From contig JAHJEO010000003.1 of assembly GCA_018825305.1 (NCBI GenBank), forward strand, positions 53,931-117,930: DNA of 64,000 nt, written 5' to 3'. The position numbers and the translations under genes were made by a program. Positions within the stretch are counted from its first letter, which is position 1; the number at the start of each line of letters is the position of its first letter. Positions 1 through 12,682 of the stretch are shown here, piece after piece. The notes under the pieces were generated by a model. That model did no database searches. It was not told the DNA's origin and saw only the letters and a program-made list of their open reading frames with translations. The stretch is from Gammaproteobacteria bacterium. Lineage in GTDB: Bacteria; Pseudomonadota; Gammaproteobacteria; Burkholderiales; Rhodocyclaceae.

Positions 1-135
1 TAAGACCAAGAGCGTGCGCCCGGTGCCGGGGGGGAAACTCGGCGCCGGCGACACGCCGACAGAACAAAATATGTACAGCCCGAACAACGAGAGACGGTGC
101 CGGTTCGCCGGCGTGGATCAGAAGAGGAGACAGTT

Positions 136-2225
<2,090 letters not shown>

Positions 2226-2229
<4 letters not shown>

Positions 2230-3980
2230 TCGCACCTGGCTTGACCCTGACGGGCGGCTCCCTGCTACGGGGAGCCGCCCGTTTTCTTTTCTGTGCCCTG
2301 CCCGCGATCGCCGCGGCGCAGGATGCGTTGACGCCACTGCAAGGGCCGGCCGGCTGGATGCCGCGTCCTGCCGTGACGGCGTCCGAGTGGCTGGCCGTGA
2401 CCGCCAACGGCCATGCCACCGACGCTGCCGCCGAGATTCTCGCGCTCGGCGGCAGCGCCGTCGACGCCGCGATCGCCTCGCAGATGGTGCTCGGGCTGGT
2501 GGAGCCACAGTCATCGGGAATCGGCGGTGGCGCCTTCATGCTGCACTGGGATGCCGGGCGCGGCGTGCTGGCTGCCTTTGACGGCCGTGAAACCGCACCT
2601 GCCGCTGCGCAGCCCGACCGTTTCATGGCTGCCGCCGGCAGGCCGCTGGCGTTCACCGAGGTGGTCGCGACCGGTCGCGCCGTCGGTACGCCCGGGGTGG
2701 TGGCCATGCTGGCGCAGGCGCATGAGCGGCATGGTCGCCTGCGCTGGGAGCGCTTGTTCCGGCCCGCCATCCGACTGGCCGAGAATGGCTTCGCCATCTC
2801 GCCCCGGTTGCACGGCCTGCTGCGAGTGGATCGCCATTTACGCGATAGTCCCGTTACCCGGGGTTTGTATTTCACCGCGGCGGGTGAACCGAAACCTGTC
2901 GGCGACGTGTTGCGCAATCCCGCCTACGCCGCGACATTGCGGCAGTTGGCGGAAGGCGGCGCGCCGGAATTTTATCGGGGCAGCCTTGCCAGGGATATCG
3001 TCGCCGGTGTCGCCGTTGCCGGCGGCGACCTGACGCCAGCCGACCTTGCCAACTATCTACCGCGCACGCGCGCGCCGGTGTGCAATCCTTATCGGCAATG
3101 GCGTGTCTGCAGCATGCCGCCACCGTCGTCCGGTGGCATCACGCTGCTGCAGATACTGGGCGTGGTCGAACGCTTGCTGCCGCGTAGCCGACCGCTCGAT
3201 CCCGACACCATCCATGCATTCAGCGAGGCGGGGCGTCTGGCCTTTGCCGATCGAGCTCGTTACCTCGGTGACCCGGATTTCGTCGCCGTGCCGCAGACGG
3301 AGTTGCTTGATCGCGGCTATCTCGATCGACGTGCCGCGCTGGTGGGTTCCGATCGATCGATGGGCAAGGCGCCGCCGGGCGAACTGTCATCAAGCCTGTC
3401 GCACTCCGACGATGCCTCGCCGGAACGGCCGTCTACGACGCACCTGTCGATCATCGACCGCGAAGGCAATGCGGTGGCGATGACCAGTTCGGTCGAGGAT
3501 GCCTTCGGCAGCCGCATCATGGTCGGCGGCTTCCTGCTGAACAATCAGTTGACGGATTTTTCGTTCACGCCAGCGGACGATGGCAACCCGGCCGCCAACC
3601 GCGTCGAACCGGGGAAACGTCCGCTGTCGTCGATGGCGCCGACCATGGTTTTCGACGCGGCGGACCGGCTTGTCGCGGTGCTTGGCTCGCCAGGCGGCCA
3701 GCGCATCATCAACTATGTCGCGGCGACTGTGCTTGGCCTGCTGGAGTGGCAGCTACCGGCCGAACAGGTGCTGGTCCTGCCTCACGCCGGGAGCCGCAAC
3801 GGTCCCACCGAGATCGAGCGCGGTCCCCACGCTGCGACGCTGGCCAAGGCACTCGAACGGCGCGGTCATGTCGTGCGGGTGCTCGATCTCAACTCCGGCC
3901 TGCACGTGATCGTGCGCGATGGGGAACACTGGCGGGGCGCTGTCGATCCGCGCCGCGAGGGTACGGCGCGCGGCCGTTGA
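2226..3980 (+). CDS. ggt: gamma-glutamyltransferase (periplasmic, signal peptide)
   Basis: 584-aa ORF with a signal-like N-terminus ([15 protein letters not shown]) and the GGT autoprocessing/nucleophile region [28 protein letters not shown]. The GTG start overlaps the hppA stop (GTGA). Confidence 0.9.
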
Positions 3981-5516
3981 CTATTCCGCTTGGCCGCGAA
4001 AGTCGCGCGGGCGAAAGCCGAGTAGCGCGAGCGTGGCAAAGTAGACGGCGATACCCGCGGCCACGGTCAGCGACAGACGCAGAATGCGTTCGCCGAAAGC
4101 CATGGTGAGCCAGGCGGATTCGCTGCCCATGGCGAACCAGAGGGTGGCGCCCAGGGCGAGCAGTGCGACCGCGATGCGTGACGAGAAGCCGATCCATCCA
4201 GCCGCCGGAACGAATACGCCGTTGCGGCGCAGGCCGCGGTAGAGCAGGGCGGCATTGAGGCAGGAAGCCAGTCCGATCGACAAGGCTAGTCCGGCGTGCT
4301 TGATCCAGCCGATGAAGGCGAGGTTCATCGCCTGCGTCGCGGCAAGGGTGATCAGCGCGATTTTCACCGGCGTGCGGATGTCCTGCCGGGCGTAGAAGCC
4401 GGGCGCCAGTATCTTGACCAGGATCAGCCCGGTCAGCCCGACGCTGTAGGCAACCAAGGCTGCACGCGTCTGCAGCACGTCGTTCGCGGTGAAAGCGCCG
4501 TGCTGGAACAGCGTCGCCAGCAGTGGCACGGCGAGCATCGCCAGCGCCAGTGCCGCCGGTAGCGCCAGCAGCAGCGTCAGGCGCAGGCCCCAGTCGAGCA
4601 GGGTGGAGAAGTCGACCATGCGGTTCTCTGCGTGGGCCTTGGCCAGGCTGGGCAGCAGGATGGTGCCCAGTGCCGCCCCGAGCAGGCCTGCCGGAAACTC
4701 CATCAGCCGGTCGGCGTAATAGAGCCACGAGACCGAACCGGATTGCAGAAAGGAGGCGAAGATGGTGTTGATCAGCAGGGACACCTGGGCGACAGAAACG
4801 CCGAGCACGGCCGGCCCCATCAGCAGCAGGATGCGGTGCACGCCAGGATCGTGCGGCGACCAGTCCCAGCGCGGCAGCATGCCGATCTTCTTCAGTGCCG
4901 GCACTTGCAGTGCCAGTTGCAGCATGCCGCCGAGAAATACCGCCCAGGCCAGCGCCAGCACCGGTGGCTCGAACCAGGGCGCAGCGAACAGCGCCATGGC
5001 GATGAAGCTGAGGTTGAGCAGAGCGGGTGTGAACGCCGGCAGGGCGAAGCGGCGCCAGGTGTTGAGAATCCCAGCAGCCAGTGCGACCAGCGACATGAAC
5101 AGGATGTAGGGGAAGGTGATGCGGGTGAGTTCGACGGTCAGTGCGAACTTGTCGGCGTCGGCCGCAAAGCCGGGGGCCGAAACGTAGATCAGCAGCGGGG
5201 CGCCGGCGACGCCGAGCGCTGCCACGCCCATCAGGATGACAAACAACAGCGTGGCGACGCGGTCGACAAGCTGCTTTGTCTCGGCTTCGCCGCAGCGGGT
5301 GCGGGATTCGGCGAGAATCGGGACGAAGGCCTGCGAGAATGCGCCCTCGGCGAACAGCCGACGCAACAGGTTGGGCAGGCGGAAGGCGACGAAAAAGGCA
5401 TCGGTGAGCATGCCGGCGCCGAAGGTACGGGCGATGACGAAGTCGCGCACGAAGCCGAGCACGCGCGATAGCAGGGTCATGCCACTGACCGTGGCGAGCG
5501 TGCGCAGAAGATTCAT
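3981..5516 (-). CDS. murJ: lipid II flippase MurJ/MviN
   Basis: 511-aa polytopic ORF with an N-terminus typical of MurJ ([35 protein letters not shown]). Divergent from rpsT, as in many proteobacteria. Confidence 0.93.
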   Translation of the reverse strand: MNLLRTLATVSGMTLLSRVLGFVRDFVIARTFGAGMLTDAFFVAFRLPNLLRRLFAEGAFSQAFVPILAESRTRCGEAETKQLVDRVATLLFVILMGVAALGVAGAPLLIYVSAPGFAADADKFALTVELTRITFPYILFMSLVALAAGILNTWRRFALPAFTPALLNLSFIAMALFAAPWFEPPVLALAWAVFLGGMLQLALQVPALKKIGMLPRWDWSPHDPGVHRILLLMGPAVLGVSVAQVSLLINTIFASFLQSGSVSWLYYADRLMEFPAGLLGAALGTILLPSLAKAHAENRMVDFSTLLDWGLRLTLLLALPAALALAMLAVPLLATLFQHGAFTANDVLQTRAALVAYSVGLTGLILVKILAPGFYARQDIRTPVKIALITLAATQAMNLAFIGWIKHAGLALSIGLASCLNAALLYRGLRRNGVFVPAAGWIGFSSRIAVALLALGATLWFAMGSESAWLTMAFGERILRLSLTVAAGIAVYFATLALLGFRPRDFRGQAE

Positions 5517-5664
5517 GGGCCGAATGGTAGCGGAATGGCCGTGGCGGCGCGCATCAATGTGGCTTGCAAAGTGCTGGGGATGCTCTTATAATCGCGCGCT
5601 TTCGGTTTCGGCGCTGTCGTCGTTGCCGAATTCCACTTTCCAGAACACCAACCGGACGAACACC

Positions 5665-5928
5665 ATGGCCAATAGCGCACAAGCCCGCAAGCGCGCCCGT
5701 CAGGCGAACAAGCAGCGCGCCCACAACATGAGCCTGCGCTCGACCCTGCGTACCGCGATCAAGAAGGTCCGCAAGGCGATCGAAGCGGGCGACAAGACTG
5801 CCGCAAAGGCTGTCTTCACCGAATCGCAGAGCGTCATCGATTCCATCGCTGACAAGAACATCGTGCACAAGAACAAGGCCGCTCGCGACAAGAGCCGCCT
5901 GTCGGCCGCGATCAAGGCGATGGCGTAA
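5665..5928 (+). CDS. rpsT: 30S ribosomal protein S20
   Basis: C-terminal 87 aa of ORF 5236..5928 ([35 protein letters not shown]...) is a clear S20. The long N-terminal extension in the track is an artefact. Confidence 0.95.
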   Translation: MANSAQARKRARQANKQRAHNMSLRSTLRTAIKKVRKAIEAGDKTAAKAVFTESQSVIDSIADKNIVHKNKAARDKSRLSAAIKAMA

Positions 5929-5951
5929 GCACTGCTGCTTGTTGTGCCCCT

Positions 5952-5990
5952 GCGGCCCCGGAGCGAAAGTTCCGGGGCCGCTGTGCTTTC
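5952..5990 (+). terminator. rho-independent terminator after rpsT
   Basis: 11-bp perfect stem GCGGCCCCGGA / TCCGGGGCCGC with an 8-nt loop, followed by TGTGCTTTCC. Confidence 0.7.
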
Positions 5991-6053
5991 CGGACTTCGA
6001 TTGGCTGCGACGATGGTGATCCAGAGAATATTCTGTTGCCACAATAGGCTAGC

Positions 6054-6082
6054 TTGATTTCGTCGAATTTACTGCATATACT
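6054..6082 (+). promoter_or_regulatory. putative sigma70 promoter of the 73-aa ORF
   Basis: TTGATT, 17-nt spacer, TATACT, in a locally AT-rich stretch about 35 nt upstream of the ATG at 6117. Confidence 0.45.
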
Positions 6083-6084
6083 CC

Positions 6085-6103
6085 ATCCATCCAATTGATG
6101 GAT
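6085..6103. promoter_or_regulatory. operator-like inverted repeat
   Basis: ATCCATC-caatt-GATGGAT (7-bp arms, 5-nt spacer). It lies over the predicted transcription start, just before the AAGGGG RBS of ORF 6117. Confidence 0.4.
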
Positions 6104-6116
6104 AAGGGGTTTTGCC

Positions 6117-6338
6117 ATGCAACCACCCGTAGTCACCAAGTTTGGCTTTCGCATTCGCACCCGGGTCGGCATGGTTGTCGACAACCTGATGATTCCCGGG
6201 CGTGACGAGATCGAGGCGCGCAACAAGCTGCGCCAGATTTATCGTGACTGCGAGATTCTTGCCTGTGTCTGCGTGCGCGGCTCGGTGCGCACGCCGGTCA
6301 CCAGTTTCGAGGACGTGGTAAGCCTCATTACCCGCTGA
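6117..6338 (+). CDS. hypothetical small protein (73 aa)
   Basis: ORF with its own promoter-like and RBS-like signals. I recognise no family. Convergent with the ParA-like gene, with a 21-nt gap. Confidence 0.5.
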   Translation: MQPPVVTKFGFRIRTRVGMVVDNLMIPGRDEIEARNKLRQIYRDCEILACVCVRGSVRTPVTSFEDVVSLITR

Positions 6339-6359
6339 GGGGCGGCCCCCGCGCGGGTC

Positions 6360-7115
6360 TCAAACGAACCAGCCGGTCACCGTGAGTTCTTCCATCAGTG
6401 CTCGGTAGTCCTGTGCCCCGCGGCTGCTGGCGGCGTGGGAAAAAATGTCGCGATTGACCGAGGGTGCCTCGGCTACGGCGACGTTCTCTGAAATTACCGT
6501 GGCGCAGAGTTCTTCCCCGAAATGCTCGCTCATGCGCTTCTGCACCTCGAAGCTCATGTTGCGGCGACGGTCGAAACGGGTCAGCAGATAGCGGCGCTCG
6601 ACGCGGCGCTTCAGCACCGGTTCCAGCGCCGCCAGCGTGCGTTCGATCTGCAAGGCGCCGCGCAGGCTGAGAAAGTCGGACGATACTGGCACCAGCACGC
6701 GATCCGCCGCGAACACCGCATTGAGCGAGAGCACGCCAAGGAAGGGGCAGCAGTCGATAATGGCATTGCCTTGATCGGTGCTGGCGTTGAGTCCGGCGTT
6801 CAACTTGTTGAGGATGTTCGGTCCCTTGCCGAATACCGAGTCCACCTTGATCAATTCGGCGTGGGCCGGAACGAAGCGGCCGATGCCGGGCCACTCGATC
6901 ATGATCTCGGCCAGCGGCCGGTGGTCCTGGTAGAAGGCGAAGACGCTGTGCTCGACATCGCCCGGTGCATCGCCGTGGATGGCCGATAGATGTGCCTGCG
7001 GATCGAGGTCAATCATCAGCACCTGACGCTCAGCCCGCGCCAGCGCGGCGCCGAGATTGAGTGCGGTCGTCGTCTTTCCGACCCCGCCCTTCTGGTTGAA
7101 AACCGCGATACGCAC
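6360..7115 (-). CDS. orphan ParA/MinD-family P-loop ATPase
   Basis: Deviant Walker A (MRIAVFNQKGGVGKTTTALNLGAAL) followed by MIDLDPQ. No parB or parS-like partner is adjacent. Confidence 0.85.
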   Translation of the reverse strand: MRIAVFNQKGGVGKTTTALNLGAALARAERQVLMIDLDPQAHLSAIHGDAPGDVEHSVFAFYQDHRPLAEIMIEWPGIGRFVPAHAELIKVDSVFGKGPNILNKLNAGLNASTDQGNAIIDCCPFLGVLSLNAVFAADRVLVPVSSDFLSLRGALQIERTLAALEPVLKRRVERRYLLTRFDRRRNMSFEVQKRMSEHFGEELCATVISENVAVAEAPSVNRDIFSHAASSRGAQDYRALMEELTVTGWFV

Positions 7116-7140
7116 GACGCCATGGCCTCCCTGTACTGCT

Positions 7141-7149
7141 TGGTATAAT
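7141..7149 (+). promoter_or_regulatory. perfect extended -10 element TGGTATAAT
   Basis: The exact TGnTATAAT consensus in the parA-like/argD intergenic region, oriented toward argD. Confidence 0.45.
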
Positions 7150-7168
7150 ATCTTTCTTCTCGCAACCG

Positions 7169-7206
7169 CGGCGGCCGTAGTTCGAACCGGCCGCCGTCTG
7201 TTTTTT
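7169..7206 (+). terminator. intrinsic terminator-like hairpin in front of argD
   Basis: 9-bp all-GC stem CGGCGGCCG / CGGCCGCCG with a 10-nt loop, then TCTGTTTTTT. It is plus-strand specific, because the complement has no T-tract. It ends 17 nt before the argD ATG. Confidence 0.65.
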
Positions 7207-7222
7207 GCATCGGGGTTTTTCG

Positions 7223-8395
7223 ATGTCGCATCTGATGAATACCTACGCGCGGCAACCCGTCGCTTTCGTCCGCGGCGAAGGCTGCCACGTGATTGACGAA
7301 TCCGGCCGCCGCTATCTCGACGCCCTTGCCGGCATCGCGGTCAATACGCTTGGCCATGGCCATCCGGTTCTGACACAGGCCCTCTCCGAGCAAATCGGGC
7401 GGCTTATGCACGTCTCCAACATCTACCGCGTGCCGGAGCAGGAGCGGCTGTCCGACCGGCTGGCGGCGCTTTCCAGCATGGACGAGGTGTTCTTCTGCAA
7501 CTCCGGCTGCGAAGCCAACGAGGCGGCGATCAAACTGGCGCGCCTCTACGGGCATCAGCAGGGCGTCGACAACCCCGCCATCGTCGTGATGGAAAAGGCC
7601 TTCCACGGCCGCACCCTGGCCACTTTGTCGGCTACCGGCAACCGCAAGGTCCAGGCCGGTTTCGAGCCACTGGTCGCCGGTTTCGTGCGCGTGCCCTTCG
7701 ACGACCTGCCGGCGATCGAGGCGGTCGCTACCCATAATGCCAATGTCGTTGCCGTTCTGTTCGAGCCGATTCAGGGCGAGGGCGGCATCAACATCGCCCA
7801 CAACGACTACATGCGCAGCTTGCGCCGCATCTGCGACGAGAAGGGCTGGCTGTTCATGGTCGACGAAGTGCAGTGCGGCGTCGGTCGCAGCGGCGTCTGG
7901 TTCGCCCATCAGCATGCCGGCATCAAGCCCGACGTCATGACCCTCGCCAAGGGCCTTGGTTCCGGCGTGCCGGTCGGCGCCTGTCTGGCGGCAGGCAAGG
8001 CTGCAGGCGTGTTCAAGCCGGGCAACCACGGTTCCACCTTCGGCGGCAACCCGCTGGCCAGCACCGCTGCACTGACCACGCTCGACGTGATCGAGCAGGA
8101 CGGCCTGATGGCCCGCGCGGTGGTGGTCGGGGATGCCATCCGCTCCGGCTTGCGTTCGGAGCTTGCCGGCGTCGGCGGTGTCGTCGACATCCGCGGCGAT
8201 GGCCTGATGATCGGCATCGAGCTCGATCGCCCCTGCGGCGAACTGGTGGCGAAGGCGCTCGCCGCCGGCCTGCTGATCAATGTAACCAATGACAGCGTGG
8301 TACGGCTGCTGCCGCCGCTGGTGTTCGGCGACGACGACGCCAAGGAACTGGTTGCTCTGCTGGCGCCGTTGATCCGGCAGTTCCTCGGGGTTTGA
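7223..8395 (+). CDS. argD: acetylornithine/succinyldiaminopimelate aminotransferase
   Basis: Class III PLP aminotransferase (MSHLMNTYARQPVAFVRGEGCHVIDESGRRYLD ... TLAKGLGSGVPVGA). Located in the arg cluster. Confidence 0.9.
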   Translation: MSHLMNTYARQPVAFVRGEGCHVIDESGRRYLDALAGIAVNTLGHGHPVLTQALSEQIGRLMHVSNIYRVPEQERLSDRLAALSSMDEVFFCNSGCEANEAAIKLARLYGHQQGVDNPAIVVMEKAFHGRTLATLSATGNRKVQAGFEPLVAGFVRVPFDDLPAIEAVATHNANVVAVLFEPIQGEGGINIAHNDYMRSLRRICDEKGWLFMVDEVQCGVGRSGVWFAHQHAGIKPDVMTLAKGLGSGVPVGACLAAGKAAGVFKPGNHGSTFGGNPLASTAALTTLDVIEQDGLMARAVVVGDAIRSGLRSELAGVGGVVDIRGDGLMIGIELDRPCGELVAKALAAGLLINVTNDSVVRLLPPLVFGDDDAKELVALLAPLIRQFLGV

Positions 8396-8397
8396 TC

Positions 8398-9318
8398 ATG
8401 TCCGGTCGCCACTATCTGCAATTCAAGGATCTCGCGCGCGAGGAGCTCGACTATCTGTTCGAGCGGACGCGCTGGATCAAGGACAAGTTTAAGCGCTACG
8501 AGACCTATCATCCGCTGCACGATCGCACGCTGGTGATGATTTTCGAGAAGGCCAGCACCCGCACGCGGCTGTCGTTCGAGGCCGGCATGCAGCAGCTCGG
8601 CGGCACGGCGATCTACCTCAACACCCGCGATTCGCAGCTCGGCCGCGGCGAACCGGTCGAGGATGCGGCCGAGGTGATCTCGCGCATGTCGGATGTGGTG
8701 ATGATCCGCACCTTCGAGCAGGAGATCATCGAGCGCTTCGCCTCGCATTCGCGTGTGCCCGTGATCAACGGCCTGACCAACGAATATCACCCCTGCCAGA
8801 TCCTCGCCGACATCTACACTTTCATCGAGCACCGTGGCCCGATCCAGGGCAAGACCGTGGCGTGGATCGGCGACTCCAATAACGTCTGCAACACCTGGCT
8901 GCAGGCGGCCGAGGTGCTGGACTTCAATGTCCATGTCTCGACGCCGCCGGGTTACGAGGTCGAGCCCGAGCGTGCCGGCCTCTACGGTACCGAACACTAC
9001 GAGGAATTCAAGGATCCGATGGACGCAGCGCGCGGCGCCGATCTGGTGACCACCGACGTGTGGACCTCGATGGGTTTCGAGGCCGAGAACGAGGCGCGCC
9101 TGCGCGACTTCCACGACTGGCAGGTCGACGCCGACATGATGAAGGTGGCGGCGCCCGATGCGGTGTTCATGCACTGCCTGCCAGCGCATCGCGGCGAGGA
9201 AGTCTCCGCCGAAGTGATTGACGGGCCGCACAGCGTGGTGTGGGACGAGGCCGAGAATCGCCTGCATGCGCAGAAGGCCCTGCTCGAATTTCTGCTGCTC
9301 GGAAGAATCAAGCCATGA
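8398..9318 (+). CDS. argF: ornithine carbamoyltransferase
   Basis: OTCase motifs [21 protein letters not shown] and [11 protein letters not shown] prefer the ATG at 8398 over the TTG at 8392. Confidence 0.93.
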   Translation: MSGRHYLQFKDLAREELDYLFERTRWIKDKFKRYETYHPLHDRTLVMIFEKASTRTRLSFEAGMQQLGGTAIYLNTRDSQLGRGEPVEDAAEVISRMSDVVMIRTFEQEIIERFASHSRVPVINGLTNEYHPCQILADIYTFIEHRGPIQGKTVAWIGDSNNVCNTWLQAAEVLDFNVHVSTPPGYEVEPERAGLYGTEHYEEFKDPMDAARGADLVTTDVWTSMGFEAENEARLRDFHDWQVDADMMKVAAPDAVFMHCLPAHRGEEVSAEVIDGPHSVVWDEAENRLHAQKALLEFLLLGRIKP

Positions 9319-9764
9319 AGAAACTGCTTGCGCTGGTTTGCGCCATTGCCGTCCCGCTGGCGCCGAGTTTTGCGGCGGATGCCGACGGCCGCATGCTGGT
9401 CGAGATGCCGCTCGAAGCCCGCGCCGAGATGCGCGCCGAGATGCTCGACTTCCAGACGGCGCTGCATTCCATCATCACCGCGCTGGTCGAACGCAACTAC
9501 ACCGACGCGGCCGATATCGCAGAGAAGCAGATGGGGGTATCGGCGATGGGGCGCCATCGCAACGCGCCGCCCAATGCCCGTCCCGGCATGTTCATGCCCA
9601 ACGACATGCACGCGATCGCCCGCGGCATGCACGTGTCGGCTACCGACTTCGCCAGGGCCGCCCGCGCTACTCCCAAGGCCGGCAATCCGACGAAGGCGCT
9701 GGCCGCGCTGCAGGCCGTCACCGGCGCCTGCGTCGCCTGCCATCGCAGCTACCGTACCCAGTAA
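9315..9764 (+). CDS. class II (cytochrome c'/c556-like) c-type cytochrome, secreted
   Basis: Signal peptide [20 protein letters not shown], then a roughly 128-aa helical mature part with a single C-terminal heme motif CVACHRSYR. The ATG overlaps the argF stop (ATGA). Confidence 0.7.
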   Translation: MKKLLALVCAIAVPLAPSFAADADGRMLVEMPLEARAEMRAEMLDFQTALHSIITALVERNYTDAADIAEKQMGVSAMGRHRNAPPNARPGMFMPNDMHAIARGMHVSATDFARAARATPKAGNPTKALAALQAVTGACVACHRSYRTQ

Positions 9765-9781
9765 TCCTTCAGGAAACAGCA

Positions 9782-11034
<1,253 letters not shown>

Positions 11035-11035
<1 letters not shown>

Positions 11036-11244
11036 TGTTCGGCTTCACCGAGGAGCAGGTGGCGAGCTGGGGCATGAGCGTCGGCCTCGGCGCCTTCATG
11101 CTCTACATGCTGTTTATCATCGGCGAACTGGCCTACCAGTCGAAAGCGGGCAAGACCGGCACCTTCGTGCTGTTCTTCGTGCTGGCGTTCGGCATGCTCG
11201 GCTTCGTCGCCAAGACCATCATCGAGAAAGTCTGGGGAATCTGA
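11035..11244 (+). CDS. DUF2788-like small membrane protein
   Basis: 69 aa with two TM helices ([52 protein letters not shown]...). The start overlaps the argG stop (TAATG). Confidence 0.7.
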
Positions 11245-11246
11245 AT

Positions 11247-11567
11247 ATGTCTCAGTTCGACAATGTCACCGTCGTCAAGAAGGCCAACGTCTATTTCGAC
11301 GGCAAGTGCGTCAGCCACACGGTGCAGTTCGCCGATGGCACAAAAAAGAGTGTCGGCGTGATCATGCCCACTGTACCCGGTGCGCTGACCTTCAACACCG
11401 GTGCGCCGGAGATCATGGAAACCGTGGCCGGTGCCTGCCGCTACAGGCTCAAGGGCGAGGACTGGAAGTCCGCCGTCGCCGGTGAGAGCTTCAACGTGCC
11501 GGGTAATTCCTCGTTCGACATCGAGGTGAGCGGCGAGCCGTATCACTACGTTTGTCACTTCGCCTAA
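11247..11567 (+). CDS. ppnP: pyrimidine/purine nucleoside phosphorylase PpnP (YaiE/DUF1255)
   Basis: [26 protein letters not shown]...[24 protein letters not shown] resembles E. coli YaiE along its full length. Confidence 0.85.
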   Translation: MSQFDNVTVVKKANVYFDGKCVSHTVQFADGTKKSVGVIMPTVPGALTFNTGAPEIMETVAGACRYRLKGEDWKSAVAGESFNVPGNSSFDIEVSGEPYHYVCHFA

Positions 11568-11579
11568 ACGGAGCCCATC

Positions 11580-12074
11580 ATGCCCTCGTTCGACATCACC
11601 TCCGAAGCCGACATGGTCGCGTTGAAGAACGCGGTCGACGTCGCCGGCCGCCAGGTTGGCAACCGCTATGACTTCAAGGGCACCAGCGCAAAGATTGATC
11701 TCAACGAGAAGGACAAGACCATCACCGTCTTCGGCGATTCTGACTTCCAGCTCGATCAGGTCAAGGACATATTGTTCCCCGAGATGGAGAAGAAGACGCG
11801 CGAGAGCACCAAGCGCCTCGATGCCGGCGACGTCCAGTCGGTCTCCGGCAACAAGGCCAAGCAGCTGCTCAAGATCAAGAGCGGCATCGAGGCGGAACTG
11901 GCCAAGAAGATCGTCCGGATCATCAAGGACAGCAAGCTCAAGGTTCAGGCCAGCATCCAGGGCGACGCCGTGCGCGTTACCGGCGCCAAGCGCGATTTGT
12001 TGCAGGAGGCGATTGCGCTGGTGAAGAAGTCCGTCACCGACTACCCGCTCGAATACGGCAACTTCCGCGACTGA
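11580..12074 (+). CDS. yajQ: YajQ-family (UPF0234) nucleotide/c-di-GMP-binding protein
   Basis: MPSFDITSEADMVALKNAVDVAGRQVGNRYDFKGTSAKIDLNEKD... is typical YajQ. Confidence 0.9.
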   Translation: MPSFDITSEADMVALKNAVDVAGRQVGNRYDFKGTSAKIDLNEKDKTITVFGDSDFQLDQVKDILFPEMEKKTRESTKRLDAGDVQSVSGNKAKQLLKIKSGIEAELAKKIVRIIKDSKLKVQASIQGDAVRVTGAKRDLLQEAIALVKKSVTDYPLEYGNFRD

Positions 12075-12077
12075 GCA

Positions 12078-12134
12078 ACCATCCCCGCTCCGCAGGGATG
12101 GTGGATGGACCAAGGGCCGCGATTGCGGCCCTTG
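12078..12134. terminator. two tandem GC hairpins between convergent genes
   Basis: ACCATCCC-9nt-GGGATGGT, then CAAGGGCCGC-gatt-GCGGCCCTTG. T-tracts are weak. Confidence 0.5.
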
Positions 12135-12253
12135 TCGCATCTGCAGCAGCGGGCATTCGCCAGCGTACCGGCCCGGCTTCTGCCGGGGCCATCGCCGTCC
12201 CGCCAGCGCCTAGTTTTTGGTGGAAGCCGCGCCCGGATGTTGTTGCAGCGGAC

Positions 12254-12637
12254 TCATTCCGTCTCGCCCTGTAGCGCGGCCTGCATCTGCTGGGCGGTTA
12301 CCGGGTATTTCAGCACGGCGTGAATGGGAAAGCGCTCGGCCAGTTTGCCGATGTGCGGTTCGTCACGCGGATGGACGAATACGATGACTTTCGCCTGCGG
12401 CGCAAAATGTTGCAGCGAGGCGAGGGTGACATCCAGGTTGCATAGGTTGGCCCCGGCGTAATTGTTGGCCCAGCCGTAAATGAATTCCCCCACCAGGAAA
12501 TCCGGCGGCTGGCTCTGCAATGCCTTGTGCAGCTTGCGGGCAGTCCCGAAAGACGCCTCGGCAATGCCGAGCTGGCGGTACAGGGCCGTGAAATTCGGGT
12601 GGAACGGCGATTCGATCAGCGAAAATAGCGTTGTCAT
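12254..12637 (-). CDS. hypothetical protein (127 aa)
   Basis: Clean ORF with normal composition. No family recognised. Confidence 0.5.
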   Translation of the reverse strand: MTTLFSLIESPFHPNFTALYRQLGIAEASFGTARKLHKALQSQPPDFLVGEFIYGWANNYAGANLCNLDVTLASLQHFAPQAKVIVFVHPRDEPHIGKLAERFPIHAVLKYPVTAQQMQAALQGETE

Positions 12638-12682
12638 GCTGCTGCCGTTGCTAAAACGGGAAATGGTGCCGGCCGAATCGGT

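Noticed and set aside
7169-7196. GGTTCGAA-containing hairpin reminiscent of a tRNA T-arm
   Set aside because: There are no acceptor, D or anticodon arms around it. The hairpin is better explained as the stem-loop of an intrinsic terminator.
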